A stretch of 47,610 nt of DNA from the NCBI GenBank assembly GCA_964350735.1, contig CAYGKO010000003.1, positions 118,452 through 166,061 of the forward strand. The letters are read 5' to 3'. Shown here in pieces: positions 1 to 8,542 of the stretch (position 1 is its first letter; each line of letters starts with the position of its first letter). The stretch comes from an uncultured Candidatus Saccharibacteria bacterium. Lineage in GTDB: Bacteria; Patescibacteriota; Minisyncoccia; Phycocordibacterales; UBA918. The position numbers and the translations under genes are program-made. The notes below the pieces were generated by a model. It was not told the origin of the DNA. It was given only the letters and a program-made list of their open reading frames with translations, and made no database searches.

Positions 1-436
1 TCACGTGGCCAACATGTAATCGGTTTGGACTGACTGTAAACTGAAAGTTAACTAACACCGGCATGACATGCTCCATCACTCGGGCACCGGCGAATTGTCC
101 ACCACCAACTCCGACAACATACGCGGTCTTCCCGGCGTATTCGGTATACAATGAATCCATCAAGAGCTTCCATTCTCCCGGAAAGCTATGGTTGTATTCT
201 GGTAGCACAAAGATAAACGCGTCTGTTTTCTCCACAATTTCTTTCCAGATCGAAGGAGTGTTATCAGCTCCTCCCACCCCCCACGGTGGTACGGTTGCCC
301 CATACTGCAGACAATCAGCTACCCTAGCAAGCTCTACCGCAGCAGATTTTGATTGTAGTGACTCATAAATTGTAGACGCCACCTTTTGTGAGACGTTATT
401 AATCCGAGCGGTTCCAAGCACAACAGTGTATTGCAT
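1..436 (-). CDS. NADPH-dependent FMN reductase (flavodoxin-like), runs off the window edge; missing from the ORF track
   Basis: Manual translation from ATG at 436 gives MQYTVVLGTARINNVSQKVA...TDAFIFVLPEYNHSFPGEWKLLMDSL...GVGGGQFAGAR. The GTxR, PEYNxSxPG and GGGxxxG motifs match this family, and there is no stop before base 1. Confidence 0.85.
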   Translation of the reverse strand, partial: MQYTVVLGTARINNVSQKVASTIYESLQSKSAAVELARVADCLQYGATVPPWGVGGADNTPSIWKEIVEKTDAFIFVLPEYNHSFPGEWKLLMDSLYTEYAGKTAYVVGVGGGQFAGARVMEHVMPVLVNFQFTVSPNRLHVGHV

Positions 437-446
437 AATAAAATAA

Positions 447-2972
447 TTATTTACTAACCAGACTCCAATCTCCGGCCGCTAGCAGTGGTTCGGCTTTTTT
501 GTATTTTAATGCTTTAGTTTCGGTTCCATTGGTGATAGTAACAACATCGTTACGAGCTGGTGTATTCACTACAGCTCGCTGTTTAGACTGGATGACCGCG
601 CCAGCTGTTTGCGAGCCGCCGATTCGTTTTGCTGCTGCTGCTTGCTTACGAAGCGCTTCCTCTTCTTTCTGAAGAGCTTCTGGTCGCACGTTTGGAAGCA
701 ATTCGGCAATGCGATGCAAAATGGTTGTTTGCAGTTCAGCAAACAGTCTTGTCCCCTCCTTGCGATATTCATTAAGCGGATCACGCTGCCCGTAGGCGCG
801 CAAATTGACACTATTACGAGCATAACTCATCACTTCCAGATGTTCTACCCAAATGATATCAGTCACCTGGAGAATCAGCTTACGCATCATTTCATACCAA
901 TCATCTTCGCTCAACTCGCGTTTTTTGGACTCTATCGCTGAGACACTTTCTGGCACCTCAAGTTGTACTTCCTCTAAGACAGAATCGATTTCTTCTTTTG
1001 ATCCAATAAGGAGCTTGCGGCGTCGCGCATACAGCACCTGTCGTTGCTTATTGAGTACATCATCATACGCCAAGACCTGCTTTCGAGCGTCAAAATGAAA
1101 TCCTTCGATTCTAGTTTGAGCTGACTCTAGTTGTCGAGTGATCATTCCGTTTTCAATTGGCTGATCTTCAGGGATTTTAAACGTACTCATTAAGCTCTTT
1201 ACCCGATCACCGCCAAAGCGGCGCATAAGATCATCTTCCATTGAGACATAAAATTGCGTTTCGCCTGGGTCACCCTGTCGTCCTGAACGTCCCCGCAGTT
1301 GATTATCGATTCGTCTTGCTTCGTGCCGTTCAGTACCAAGTACAAACAAACCTCCAAGCTTTAGAATTTCTTCTGACTGCTCTTTAGTAGCGTCCATTCC
1401 TCCCAATTTAATATCAACTCCTCGCCCGGCCATATTAGTCGCTAACGTAATAGCGTTTTTTCGTCCAGCATCAGCAATAATCTCTCCTTCTCGTTCGTGG
1501 TTTTTAGCATTAAGCATCTGGTGTGTCACTCCAGCTTTTGTGAGTGCTACTGACAAAGCTTCGTTAGAATCAATTGCTGCTGTCCCTACCAAAATTGGTT
1601 GTCCCGCAGCATTAACAGACTTTATCTTTTCGATAATAGCATCAAATTTTCCTTTAGTGGTTTGAAAGATCAGATCATTGCGATCAAGACGAGCTACGTC
1701 CTTATGGGTTGGTACCGGCACTACATCAAGCCCATACACGGTATAGAACTCTTCTTGCGAAGTTAGTCCGGTACCCGTCATTCCCGCCAACTTATCGTAC
1801 ATACGGAAATAGTTCTGATAGGTAATAGAGGCGTAGGTGCGTGACTCTTTTTGAATTGCCACCCCTTCTTTTGCCTCAACAGCCTGATGTAAACCGTCAG
1901 ACCAACGCCGACCAGCCTGTAGCCGTCCGGTGAACTCATCGACGATCACAATCTCATTATCACGGACCACATACTCTTTATCACGACTGTACAGCGCTTT
2001 TGCGCGTACTGCAGTCTCAAGATGGTGCACATACTTGATCCCTCGGTCAGTATAAATATTATCAATACCCAGCATCTTTTCAGCCGCTTCGATTCCGGAG
2101 TCATTAAGAGTGGCGCTTTTGAGTTTTTCATCCACTTCAAAATGCTCATCAAGATTGAGACGTTCCGCAACCCGGGCAAATGTTTGGTAGAGATTATCGC
2201 CATCTGCAGCTGGAGCTGAAATAATGAGTGGTGTTCGAGCCTCATCAATTAAAATTGAGTCAATCTCATCGACGATAGCAAACGAATGATGCTTCTGTCG
2301 AATCTTATCGGCATCAAATTCAATATTGTCACGCAAGTAATCAAAACCAAACTCGTTGTTGGTACCATACGTAATATCAGCAGCATACGCCTCTTGTCGT
2401 TCGCACGGTCGTAAAAAATCATAGACTACTTTATACGCCCCAGTCTCATCTCGCTCCGCATCTTTTTCTTCATGACCGGCATCATATAAAAATGATGCTT
2501 GAGTATTAATCACACCAAGTGACAGTCCAAGTGCCTGATAAATCTGACCCATCCAGACAGCGTCTCGACGAGCAAGATAATCATTTACCGTTACTACATG
2601 CACCCCAGTCCCCATAAGAGCGTTTAGATAGCCCGGCAAGGTTCCTACCAACGTCTTTCCTTCCCCCGTTCGCATTTCAGTAATATAACCCCGATGCAAA
2701 AGTACACCACCCACCAACTGAACATCATAGTGACGCAGTCCTAGTGTACGCTTTGCGGCTTCTCGCACACAGGCAAAGGCTTCAGGTAAAATTGAATCTA
2801 AAGTCGCCCCATCAGCAATCTGCTGTTTAAATGCCGTAGACTTGGCAGCCAGTTCTTCATCAGACAGCGCCTCAATCGCCGCTTCGAAACTATTAATTTC
2901 TGTAATCAGTGGTTGGATTCCTTTCAGTTCTTTTTCGTAAGATGGACCGAAGAATCTATCTAAAATTGACAT
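447..2972 (-). CDS. secA: Preprotein translocase ATPase SecA
   Basis: Motifs EMRTGEGKT, VVTVNDYLARRD, VDEIDSILIDEARTPLIIS, TNMAGRGVDI and RIDNQLRGRSGRQGDPG. Confidence 0.99.
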   Translation of the reverse strand: MSILDRFFGPSYEKELKGIQPLITEINSFEAAIEALSDEELAAKSTAFKQQIADGATLDSILPEAFACVREAAKRTLGLRHYDVQLVGGVLLHRGYITEMRTGEGKTLVGTLPGYLNALMGTGVHVVTVNDYLARRDAVWMGQIYQALGLSLGVINTQASFLYDAGHEEKDAERDETGAYKVVYDFLRPCERQEAYAADITYGTNNEFGFDYLRDNIEFDADKIRQKHHSFAIVDEIDSILIDEARTPLIISAPAADGDNLYQTFARVAERLNLDEHFEVDEKLKSATLNDSGIEAAEKMLGIDNIYTDRGIKYVHHLETAVRAKALYSRDKEYVVRDNEIVIVDEFTGRLQAGRRWSDGLHQAVEAKEGVAIQKESRTYASITYQNYFRMYDKLAGMTGTGLTSQEEFYTVYGLDVVPVPTHKDVARLDRNDLIFQTTKGKFDAIIEKIKSVNAAGQPILVGTAAIDSNEALSVALTKAGVTHQMLNAKNHEREGEIIADAGRKNAITLATNMAGRGVDIKLGGMDATKEQSEEILKLGGLFVLGTERHEARRIDNQLRGRSGRQGDPGETQFYVSMEDDLMRRFGGDRVKSLMSTFKIPEDQPIENGMITRQLESAQTRIEGFHFDARKQVLAYDDVLNKQRQVLYARRRKLLIGSKEEIDSVLEEVQLEVPESVSAIESKKRELSEDDWYEMMRKLILQVTDIIWVEHLEVMSYARNSVNLRAYGQRDPLNEYRKEGTRLFAELQTTILHRIAELLPNVRPEALQKEEEALRKQAAAAKRIGGSQTAGAVIQSKQRAVVNTPARNDVVTITNGTETKALKYKKAEPLLAAGDWSLVSK

Positions 2973-3019
2973 AATGGGACTAAGTGTACCGCAAAATCCA
3001 CTCGCTGCCTATCGGCACG

Positions 3020-3047
3020 AAAAATACCGCCCGAGGGCGGTATTTTT
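3020..3047. terminator. Intrinsic terminator downstream of the H1-like gene
   Basis: AAAAATACCGCC-CGAG-GGCGGTATTTTT perfect inverted repeat with T-tracts on both strands. Confidence 0.85.
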
Positions 3048-3066
3048 TGGTCTCAAGTAACGAAAA

Positions 3067-3324
3067 TTATTTACGTCGTCGAGCGGTTGTCTTTTTTGCA
3101 GCTGGCTTTCGCTTCGCTGGTGCCTTCTTAGTAACTTTTTTTGCTACTTTCTTGGCTGGCTTTCGCTTCGCTGGTGCCTTCTTAGCTGCTTTTTTTACAG
3201 TTTTTCGAGCAGTCTTTTTAACTGTTTTCTTTACAGTTTTCTTAGCTGCCTTACGTACTGTCTTTTTTGCAGCTGGCTTTCGCTTCGCTGGTGCTTTGCG
3301 AGCTGCTTTCTTTTTTGCTGGCAT
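3067..3324 (-). CDS. Histone H1-like Lys/Ala/Arg-rich basic protein
   Basis: 85 aa made almost entirely of K/A/R/T/V/P, with APAKRKPA repeated three times. It has its own intergenic leader and terminator. Confidence 0.75.
   Translation of the reverse strand: MPAKKKAARKAPAKRKPAAKKTVRKAAKKTVKKTVKKTARKTVKKAAKKAPAKRKPAKKVAKKVTKKAPAKRKPAAKKTTARRRK
3088..3294. repeat. Intragenic direct repeats in the H1-like gene
   Basis: GCTGGCTTTCGCTTCGCTGGTGC occurs at 3101, 3155 and 3272. The first and third copies match over 36 bp (3088-3123 and 3259-3294). Confidence 0.9.
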
Positions 3325-3485
3325 ACTTTAAATGAAAGGTTGGTTTTATAACTTTCGACCGCTCGACGCACTCCGATTTTCAAAGAACCAATACTGTAAG
3401 AGATTGTCTGCTTACATACATTATCGCCCGTACAAAAATTACTGCAACAACTTTTATAAAAAAGTTTGTTGATAAACTTTTGTCT

Positions 3486-4505
3486 CTATAATCTAGTTAC
3501 TTCCCACTCAATAGAAATCTTCGTCTTATCAAAAACAGTTTTTGAAATTTTTTCGGCGAACTGCGTTACCTCCGCTGCTGTTGCGCTTCCATAATTTATG
3601 AATACTAAAGCCTGCCCCGCATAAGAACCCACTGCCCCAGAGCGCACGCCACGAATATCACACACTTTATCTAGAACCCAACCAAGCGGAATTTTAATGG
3701 TGTCAGCTGTCACTGCAAAGCCCGGTAGATCAGGATATTCTGTTACTAATTTCTGATAGTGTTTGGTTGCAATAACTGGATTTTTAAAAAAAGATCCTGC
3801 AGTACCAACCTGGTTCCAGTCAGGAAATTTTTTTGATCGAATTGCGATCACTGCATCTCGAACTTCTGCTAGCGTGACCTGATTTTTTTCTTGTAAGGGC
3901 AAAAGATCTTTGTAATCTAAAATAGGTTTTGGTATTTTGCTCAATGTAAATGTAACAGCACTTACTACATACTTTCGTCCAGCATCAGTCTTAAAAAAAG
4001 AATCACGGTACGCAAACGCACATTCTTCTACCGTAAAATTTCTAAACTCAAGAGTAGTAGTATTTAACACCCGTACTGCTGTGACTACTGATTCTATCTC
4101 AACACCGTAAGCTCCAACATTTTGAATCGGAGCAGCTCCGACTGTACCAGGAATATGGGATAAATTTTCTAGACCCCAGTACCCCTTCAAAACGCACTGC
4201 TGTACAACATCATCGAGCGCTTCCCCGGCTCCGACTGTGAGCACTACGGTCTCTTCTGTTTCTGAAACTACCGTAATACCACTAATTTCATTCTTGATTA
4301 CTAAACCAGGGAACCCTGTATCTGAAGCAAGTACATTAGAACCACCACCTAAAACAAACCAAAGCTGTTTATTAGATTTTGCATAGGTAATAGCCTGCTC
4401 TAGTTCCAGCTCGGTTGTAACAGAAACAAATTCCTCTGCTGCACCTCCAATTTTAAAGGTAGTATGTTTTGAGAGCGGCACTGCTGGCTCGTATTTGAGC
4501 TCCAT
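3486..4505 (-). CDS. murB: UDP-N-acetylenolpyruvoylglucosamine reductase
   Basis: Motifs HTTFKIGG, LGGGSNVL, GLENLSHIPGTVGAAPIQNVGAYG, FAYRDSFFK and GTAGSFFKNP. Confidence 0.98.
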   Translation of the reverse strand: MELKYEPAVPLSKHTTFKIGGAAEEFVSVTTELELEQAITYAKSNKQLWFVLGGGSNVLASDTGFPGLVIKNEISGITVVSETEETVVLTVGAGEALDDVVQQCVLKGYWGLENLSHIPGTVGAAPIQNVGAYGVEIESVVTAVRVLNTTTLEFRNFTVEECAFAYRDSFFKTDAGRKYVVSAVTFTLSKIPKPILDYKDLLPLQEKNQVTLAEVRDAVIAIRSKKFPDWNQVGTAGSFFKNPVIATKHYQKLVTEYPDLPGFAVTADTIKIPLGWVLDKVCDIRGVRSGAVGSYAGQALVFINYGSATAAEVTQFAEKISKTVFDKTKISIEWEVTRL

Positions 4506-4508
4506 AAG

Positions 4509-6719
4509 TTAACAGCCCTCTTGTGGCGTTTTTCCAACTTCAATATTTTCAATGTAACACTGACCAGTAGCCGCAAAACTCGGTACAGCAGCAACCCCAG
4601 CCTGCAAGGCTTCTATGGCTTTATCCGTCTGCTGATCACGGTAGTAGATAAAAGCCTGACTAGCGTAATGTTGTGCATTTCCTGGATCGGCTTCAATGCG
4701 AGCATCAAACATCCGATGTAAAAGCTCGGTCTCTCCTTTTGCTTCAGCAGCACTCAAGGCAAAGTTGTTTCTCGCAAAATTCAGCCAATTTTTTTCAGTC
4801 ACTACCTCATCTACCTTTTCCGCCTGTCCAGCATGGACGAGTACACTAGCATAAAAAATTTGGGCCTGTGGGTTCACAGGAGCTAAGTCATACGCCTCTT
4901 TCATAAATCCGAGCGACTCTTCGATTCTTCCTCGTTGAAAAGCAGTAATGCCTTGTTCAATCACAATGGCTGGTTTATTTGGTGACAATGAACGCGCGAT
5001 CGCTGCTTGTTCAGCCGACTGATCAAACTGCCCTAGACTACGATAGAAGCCCCCAACAAAAACATGGACTCGAGCATCGTTGGGTTTATCTTTAGCGAGT
5101 TTCAATAACTCAACCTCTGCTCGTTCGGCAAACGCTTGCTTTTGCTCATTTGGTACATTTCGATCAGCTACAATACGGATCGCCTGCTGTGCTAACTGTT
5201 CCACCACTTCTTGACGAGCAAATGATCCGCGATCTAAAGCTTCATCAAATGCAGCCAATCGCTGCTCTATTGTCGGGGCAGAGATGGCTTTAATGATATC
5301 TCCAGCCGCCTGCATCCCTGGCACGTTCACTAGGTACACCACTACGAGGGCCAGCACTGCAACACTAGGTGCAACTACATGAGTAACAACAGATTCATCT
5401 GTCTTAAGATTTTGCCACTTTTCAACTTTTTCTCCAATTCGACTGTGGATCAAAGCCAACAGGATAGCAAAGAAAATAAAGCTCACGATATTATCGAATA
5501 CCACTAAGTTGTGGGTGAAATATCCAGCCAAAATTCCGAGCAAAAGACCTCGTTCTACTACTGTAAAGCTATCGTCTGGTCGAATAAGTGGCCGAATAAC
5601 AATGTAGTACGTCGCAGCAGCAAAGATGCTGAGATACGCAATCAGACCAAGGATTCCTCCTGCCACCAGCCAATCCATGAATACATTATGCGCTCGATCG
5701 TACCACAGCTCAGCGTAGTAAATTTCTGGAATGTAGTGCTCGTTAAAAATGTAGTTAAAGTTACCCTGTCCCCAACCGAGAATCGGTCGCTCTTTCACTC
5801 CTTCGAGCGCCATCCCCCAAATCTGGGTTCGGAGCGTGAGTTCTTCCAAGTTAATTGAGGCCGCTCGTTCTAGAATTACATTGTTCTGCACTACTGCCGT
5901 ATCTTTAAACTGGAACAAAGCTCCCACCAAGACCGCAACCACCACTACCCCACCAAGGGCAATTTTTCGCACTACTGGAAACTGAGTATTGAAGAGCGCA
6001 ATGTATGCGGAACCAAGAAAGAGTCCACCAGCGAGACCGACAATCGTACCTCGAGTTGCTGTCTGCACTAAGAGGAAAACGAACGTCAAAGCAATCAGAC
6101 CAAGTAAGACACGGACCCAGGTTGTCTTGACGGCATTAATAAGCCACAACGCAATAAATGTGTTGAAAAGCATATACACTGCCATGTACGAAGCGTTTCC
6201 TAACGTTCCGGTAATACGCCATCCACCCTGAGTGATCACCTGTTGTCCAGCGAGCTGTTGAAAGGCGTAAAAGGCTACCAAGCCAGCAGCAAATAGAGCG
6301 GTGGTAAAAAACACCGTCCATGACGTGGTCTTCATCCCTAAGAAATCAATCTGCTTATTACTTAAGATACTCCCCAATACTACAAAGTATAAGAAGAAGT
6401 GCACGAGTGTGACATACCCATCCATGCGTTCGAAGTTACTCCAAAAACTCTTTAGTGCATATTCCCCTCCCAAGTTTGCAAACAGCATGACGGACAACAA
6501 GGCCCCAGCGGAAACCAGCACCCATGATAATTTAGGCCGATACTGTGTATCTAAGAGCGCCAAAATGATCCAGCCAGCGAAAATTATTTCGACAATAATG
6601 CGGAAATAAAAGTTTTTCCCAGTGATAAACGGGAAATACATCGAGTCTGAGACGACGGTTGGTAAAAATAATACTAAAAACGCACCACCAAAGACTACTA
6701 CTTGAAGGAAATCTTTCAT
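4509..6719 (-). CDS. O-antigen ligase family (Wzy_C) membrane protein with C-terminal TPR-like repeats; possible O-oligosaccharyltransferase
   Basis: About 12 hydrophobic segments, with GTLGNASYMA, TATRG, R..IW...RPILGWGQGNF and AHN motifs and a helical repeat C-terminus. Start moved to ATG 6719 because the upstream part of the ORF crosses a hairpin. Confidence 0.85.
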   Translation of the reverse strand: MKDFLQVVVFGGAFLVLFLPTVVSDSMYFPFITGKNFYFRIIVEIIFAGWIILALLDTQYRPKLSWVLVSAGALLSVMLFANLGGEYALKSFWSNFERMDGYVTLVHFFLYFVVLGSILSNKQIDFLGMKTTSWTVFFTTALFAAGLVAFYAFQQLAGQQVITQGGWRITGTLGNASYMAVYMLFNTFIALWLINAVKTTWVRVLLGLIALTFVFLLVQTATRGTIVGLAGGLFLGSAYIALFNTQFPVVRKIALGGVVVVAVLVGALFQFKDTAVVQNNVILERAASINLEELTLRTQIWGMALEGVKERPILGWGQGNFNYIFNEHYIPEIYYAELWYDRAHNVFMDWLVAGGILGLIAYLSIFAAATYYIVIRPLIRPDDSFTVVERGLLLGILAGYFTHNLVVFDNIVSFIFFAILLALIHSRIGEKVEKWQNLKTDESVVTHVVAPSVAVLALVVVYLVNVPGMQAAGDIIKAISAPTIEQRLAAFDEALDRGSFARQEVVEQLAQQAIRIVADRNVPNEQKQAFAERAEVELLKLAKDKPNDARVHVFVGGFYRSLGQFDQSAEQAAIARSLSPNKPAIVIEQGITAFQRGRIEESLGFMKEAYDLAPVNPQAQIFYASVLVHAGQAEKVDEVVTEKNWLNFARNNFALSAAEAKGETELLHRMFDARIEADPGNAQHYASQAFIYYRDQQTDKAIEALQAGVAAVPSFAATGQCYIENIEVGKTPQEGC

Positions 6720-6753
6720 AAAATATATAGTGAGAACTATAGCATAACGAGAA

Positions 6754-6784
6754 GTGCGGGCGGAGGCTTCGCCTCCGCCCGCAC
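6754..6784. terminator. GC-rich perfect hairpin between sat-cysC and the ligase gene
   Basis: GTGCGGGCGGAGGC-TTC-GCCTCCGCCCGCAC, a 14-bp stem with only a weak U-tail. Confidence 0.6.
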
Positions 6785-6810
6785 CACACAAAACCTTATT
6801 TGGTCAAATA

Positions 6811-8481
6811 CTAGCGTTTTTGTATCAAGCTCTCTTGCACTAAATACTCAATCACAGCCTCAGCGTGATTAGCCGGGTCTCCGGTTGAGGCATCAACTAC
6901 CAGTTCTGGGCTGATCGGCGCTTCATAGGGATCACTCACGCCCGTAAACTGCGGAATAATCCCCGCCCGAGCTTTTTCATACAAACCTTTCACATCCCGC
7001 GCTTCACAGACAGCGAGCGGCGTCGCGACATGCACCTCAATAAAGCTTCCCTGCGCTTCGACAAGACTACGCGCTTTATCCCGCGCTTGGGCATACGGGG
7101 CAATCAACGAACAGATCGCGATGCCGCCGTGCTTAGTAATCTCACTCGCCACATACCCAACCCGCTGCACATTTAAATCCCGGTGCTCTTTGGAGAACCC
7201 AAGTTCAGAAGTTAGGTGATTTCTAATCACATCACCATCAAGTAACGTGACTTCCCGATCTTGGATCTCGAGTAGTTTTGATGCTAATACAGTAGCTACG
7301 GTTGATTTCCCCGACCCGGATAAGCCAGTAAAGAAAACCGTCACCCCGCGCCGCTTTTGTTTAGCGACCCCCACCATCAATTCTGCAATACTTTCCGGAA
7401 ACGAAAACCACTCGGGCACCGACTCACCAGCAAATAACAGCCGCCTGAACTCTGTCCCTGAGATCGACTGAGTTTCTTCCCCCTCTGTCAGTTCGTCCAT
7501 GCTCACATATGATTCCTTGCTCGGCACATACGCCAACTCCGCACTCGGCACCACTACGATCCCCACTTCTGCAGCATATTGCTCAGCCAAGTCTCGCGCT
7601 TCATAGGCCCCATAGAACGGTTCGCCGTTACTATCTTTTCCTGGACCAGCATGATCACGCCCCACAATAAAGTGCGTGCAGCCGTAGTTCTTCCGCACGA
7701 TCATATGCCACAGGGCTTCGCGGGGCCCGGCCATCCGCATCGCGAGCGGCAGCAGCGCTAGATGAGTAAAGTCTTTCCCGTACTTCTCACACACAACCCG
7801 GTACGTGTGCACCCGAGTGATGTAGTCGATATCACCTTCTCTAGTCATCCCGACTACCGGATGCACCAAAACTGGCGCCCCGACTGATTCGTGCGCGCGC
7901 TTAACAAGCTCAAAATGAACGCGGTGCATTGGATTGCGCGTTTGAAAGGCTACCACCGTATCCCAGCCCTTATCTTTAAATACTTGCTTGAGTTCAGTCG
8001 GTGTATACCGGTGATCTTTAAAATCATGTCGTTCCGGCAACTGCAGCATTTCTATTTTTCCTCCGATGTAGGTATCATGCATCTGATTCATCACGTAGCG
8101 CACACCAGGGTGCAGCATGTCGCTGGTACCGTACACTTTTTCCACCTCGACTTGTTTATCAGGTTGGTACCGACTTTCGATAGTCATGACCGCCAGAGGA
8201 TTACCAAACTGATCACACAGCACCACCTCGTCACCGACTTGGTGTACAAAAGAGTCTGGTACATCAAGTACCACCGGAATCGGAAACAAAGCCCCGTCCG
8301 TCAAACGCATATCAGACACCACCGACTCATACTCAGCCTGATTCATAAATCCTTCGAGCGGTGCAAACCCTCCCACCATTAACATCTCTAAATCAAAAAT
8401 CTGCCGATCTTTGAGGTTAAATCGCTCAATATTTTGTACTGACTTGAATTTTTCTTGAATATTAAACATATTTTTGTTCAC
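6811..8481 (-). CDS. sat/cysC: Bifunctional sulfate adenylyltransferase / adenylylsulfate kinase (PAPS synthase)
   Basis: N-terminal part has GGFAPLEGFM, AFQTRNPMHRVH, MAGPREALWH and THFIVGRDHAG. C-terminal part has FTGLSGSGKST, LDGDVIR, LGFSKEHRD and RDVKGLY. Confidence 0.97.
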   Translation of the reverse strand: MNKNMFNIQEKFKSVQNIERFNLKDRQIFDLEMLMVGGFAPLEGFMNQAEYESVVSDMRLTDGALFPIPVVLDVPDSFVHQVGDEVVLCDQFGNPLAVMTIESRYQPDKQVEVEKVYGTSDMLHPGVRYVMNQMHDTYIGGKIEMLQLPERHDFKDHRYTPTELKQVFKDKGWDTVVAFQTRNPMHRVHFELVKRAHESVGAPVLVHPVVGMTREGDIDYITRVHTYRVVCEKYGKDFTHLALLPLAMRMAGPREALWHMIVRKNYGCTHFIVGRDHAGPGKDSNGEPFYGAYEARDLAEQYAAEVGIVVVPSAELAYVPSKESYVSMDELTEGEETQSISGTEFRRLLFAGESVPEWFSFPESIAELMVGVAKQKRRGVTVFFTGLSGSGKSTVATVLASKLLEIQDREVTLLDGDVIRNHLTSELGFSKEHRDLNVQRVGYVASEITKHGGIAICSLIAPYAQARDKARSLVEAQGSFIEVHVATPLAVCEARDVKGLYEKARAGIIPQFTGVSDPYEAPISPELVVDASTGDPANHAEAVIEYLVQESLIQKR

Positions 8482-8542
8482 TACTTTAACACAGAGAATT
8501 AAACTATCTACGAGTTAATTAAGTTATAGTAGTGACAAAGAT

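Noticed and set aside
63-368. 101-aa plus-strand ORF
   Set aside because: It is the antisense shadow of the FMN reductase gene on the minus strand.
3088-3294. Spaced 23-bp repeats as a possible CRISPR array
   Set aside because: The spacing is irregular, the repeats are in-frame coding repeats, and there are no cas genes.
2984-3331. 115-aa Phe/Ala-rich plus-strand ORF that looks like a membrane protein
   Set aside because: It mirrors the Lys codons of the H1-like gene and runs through a terminator.
6720-6791. N-terminal extension of the ligase ORF
   Set aside because: It spans the hairpin and a likely -10 box; ATG 6719 is the better start.
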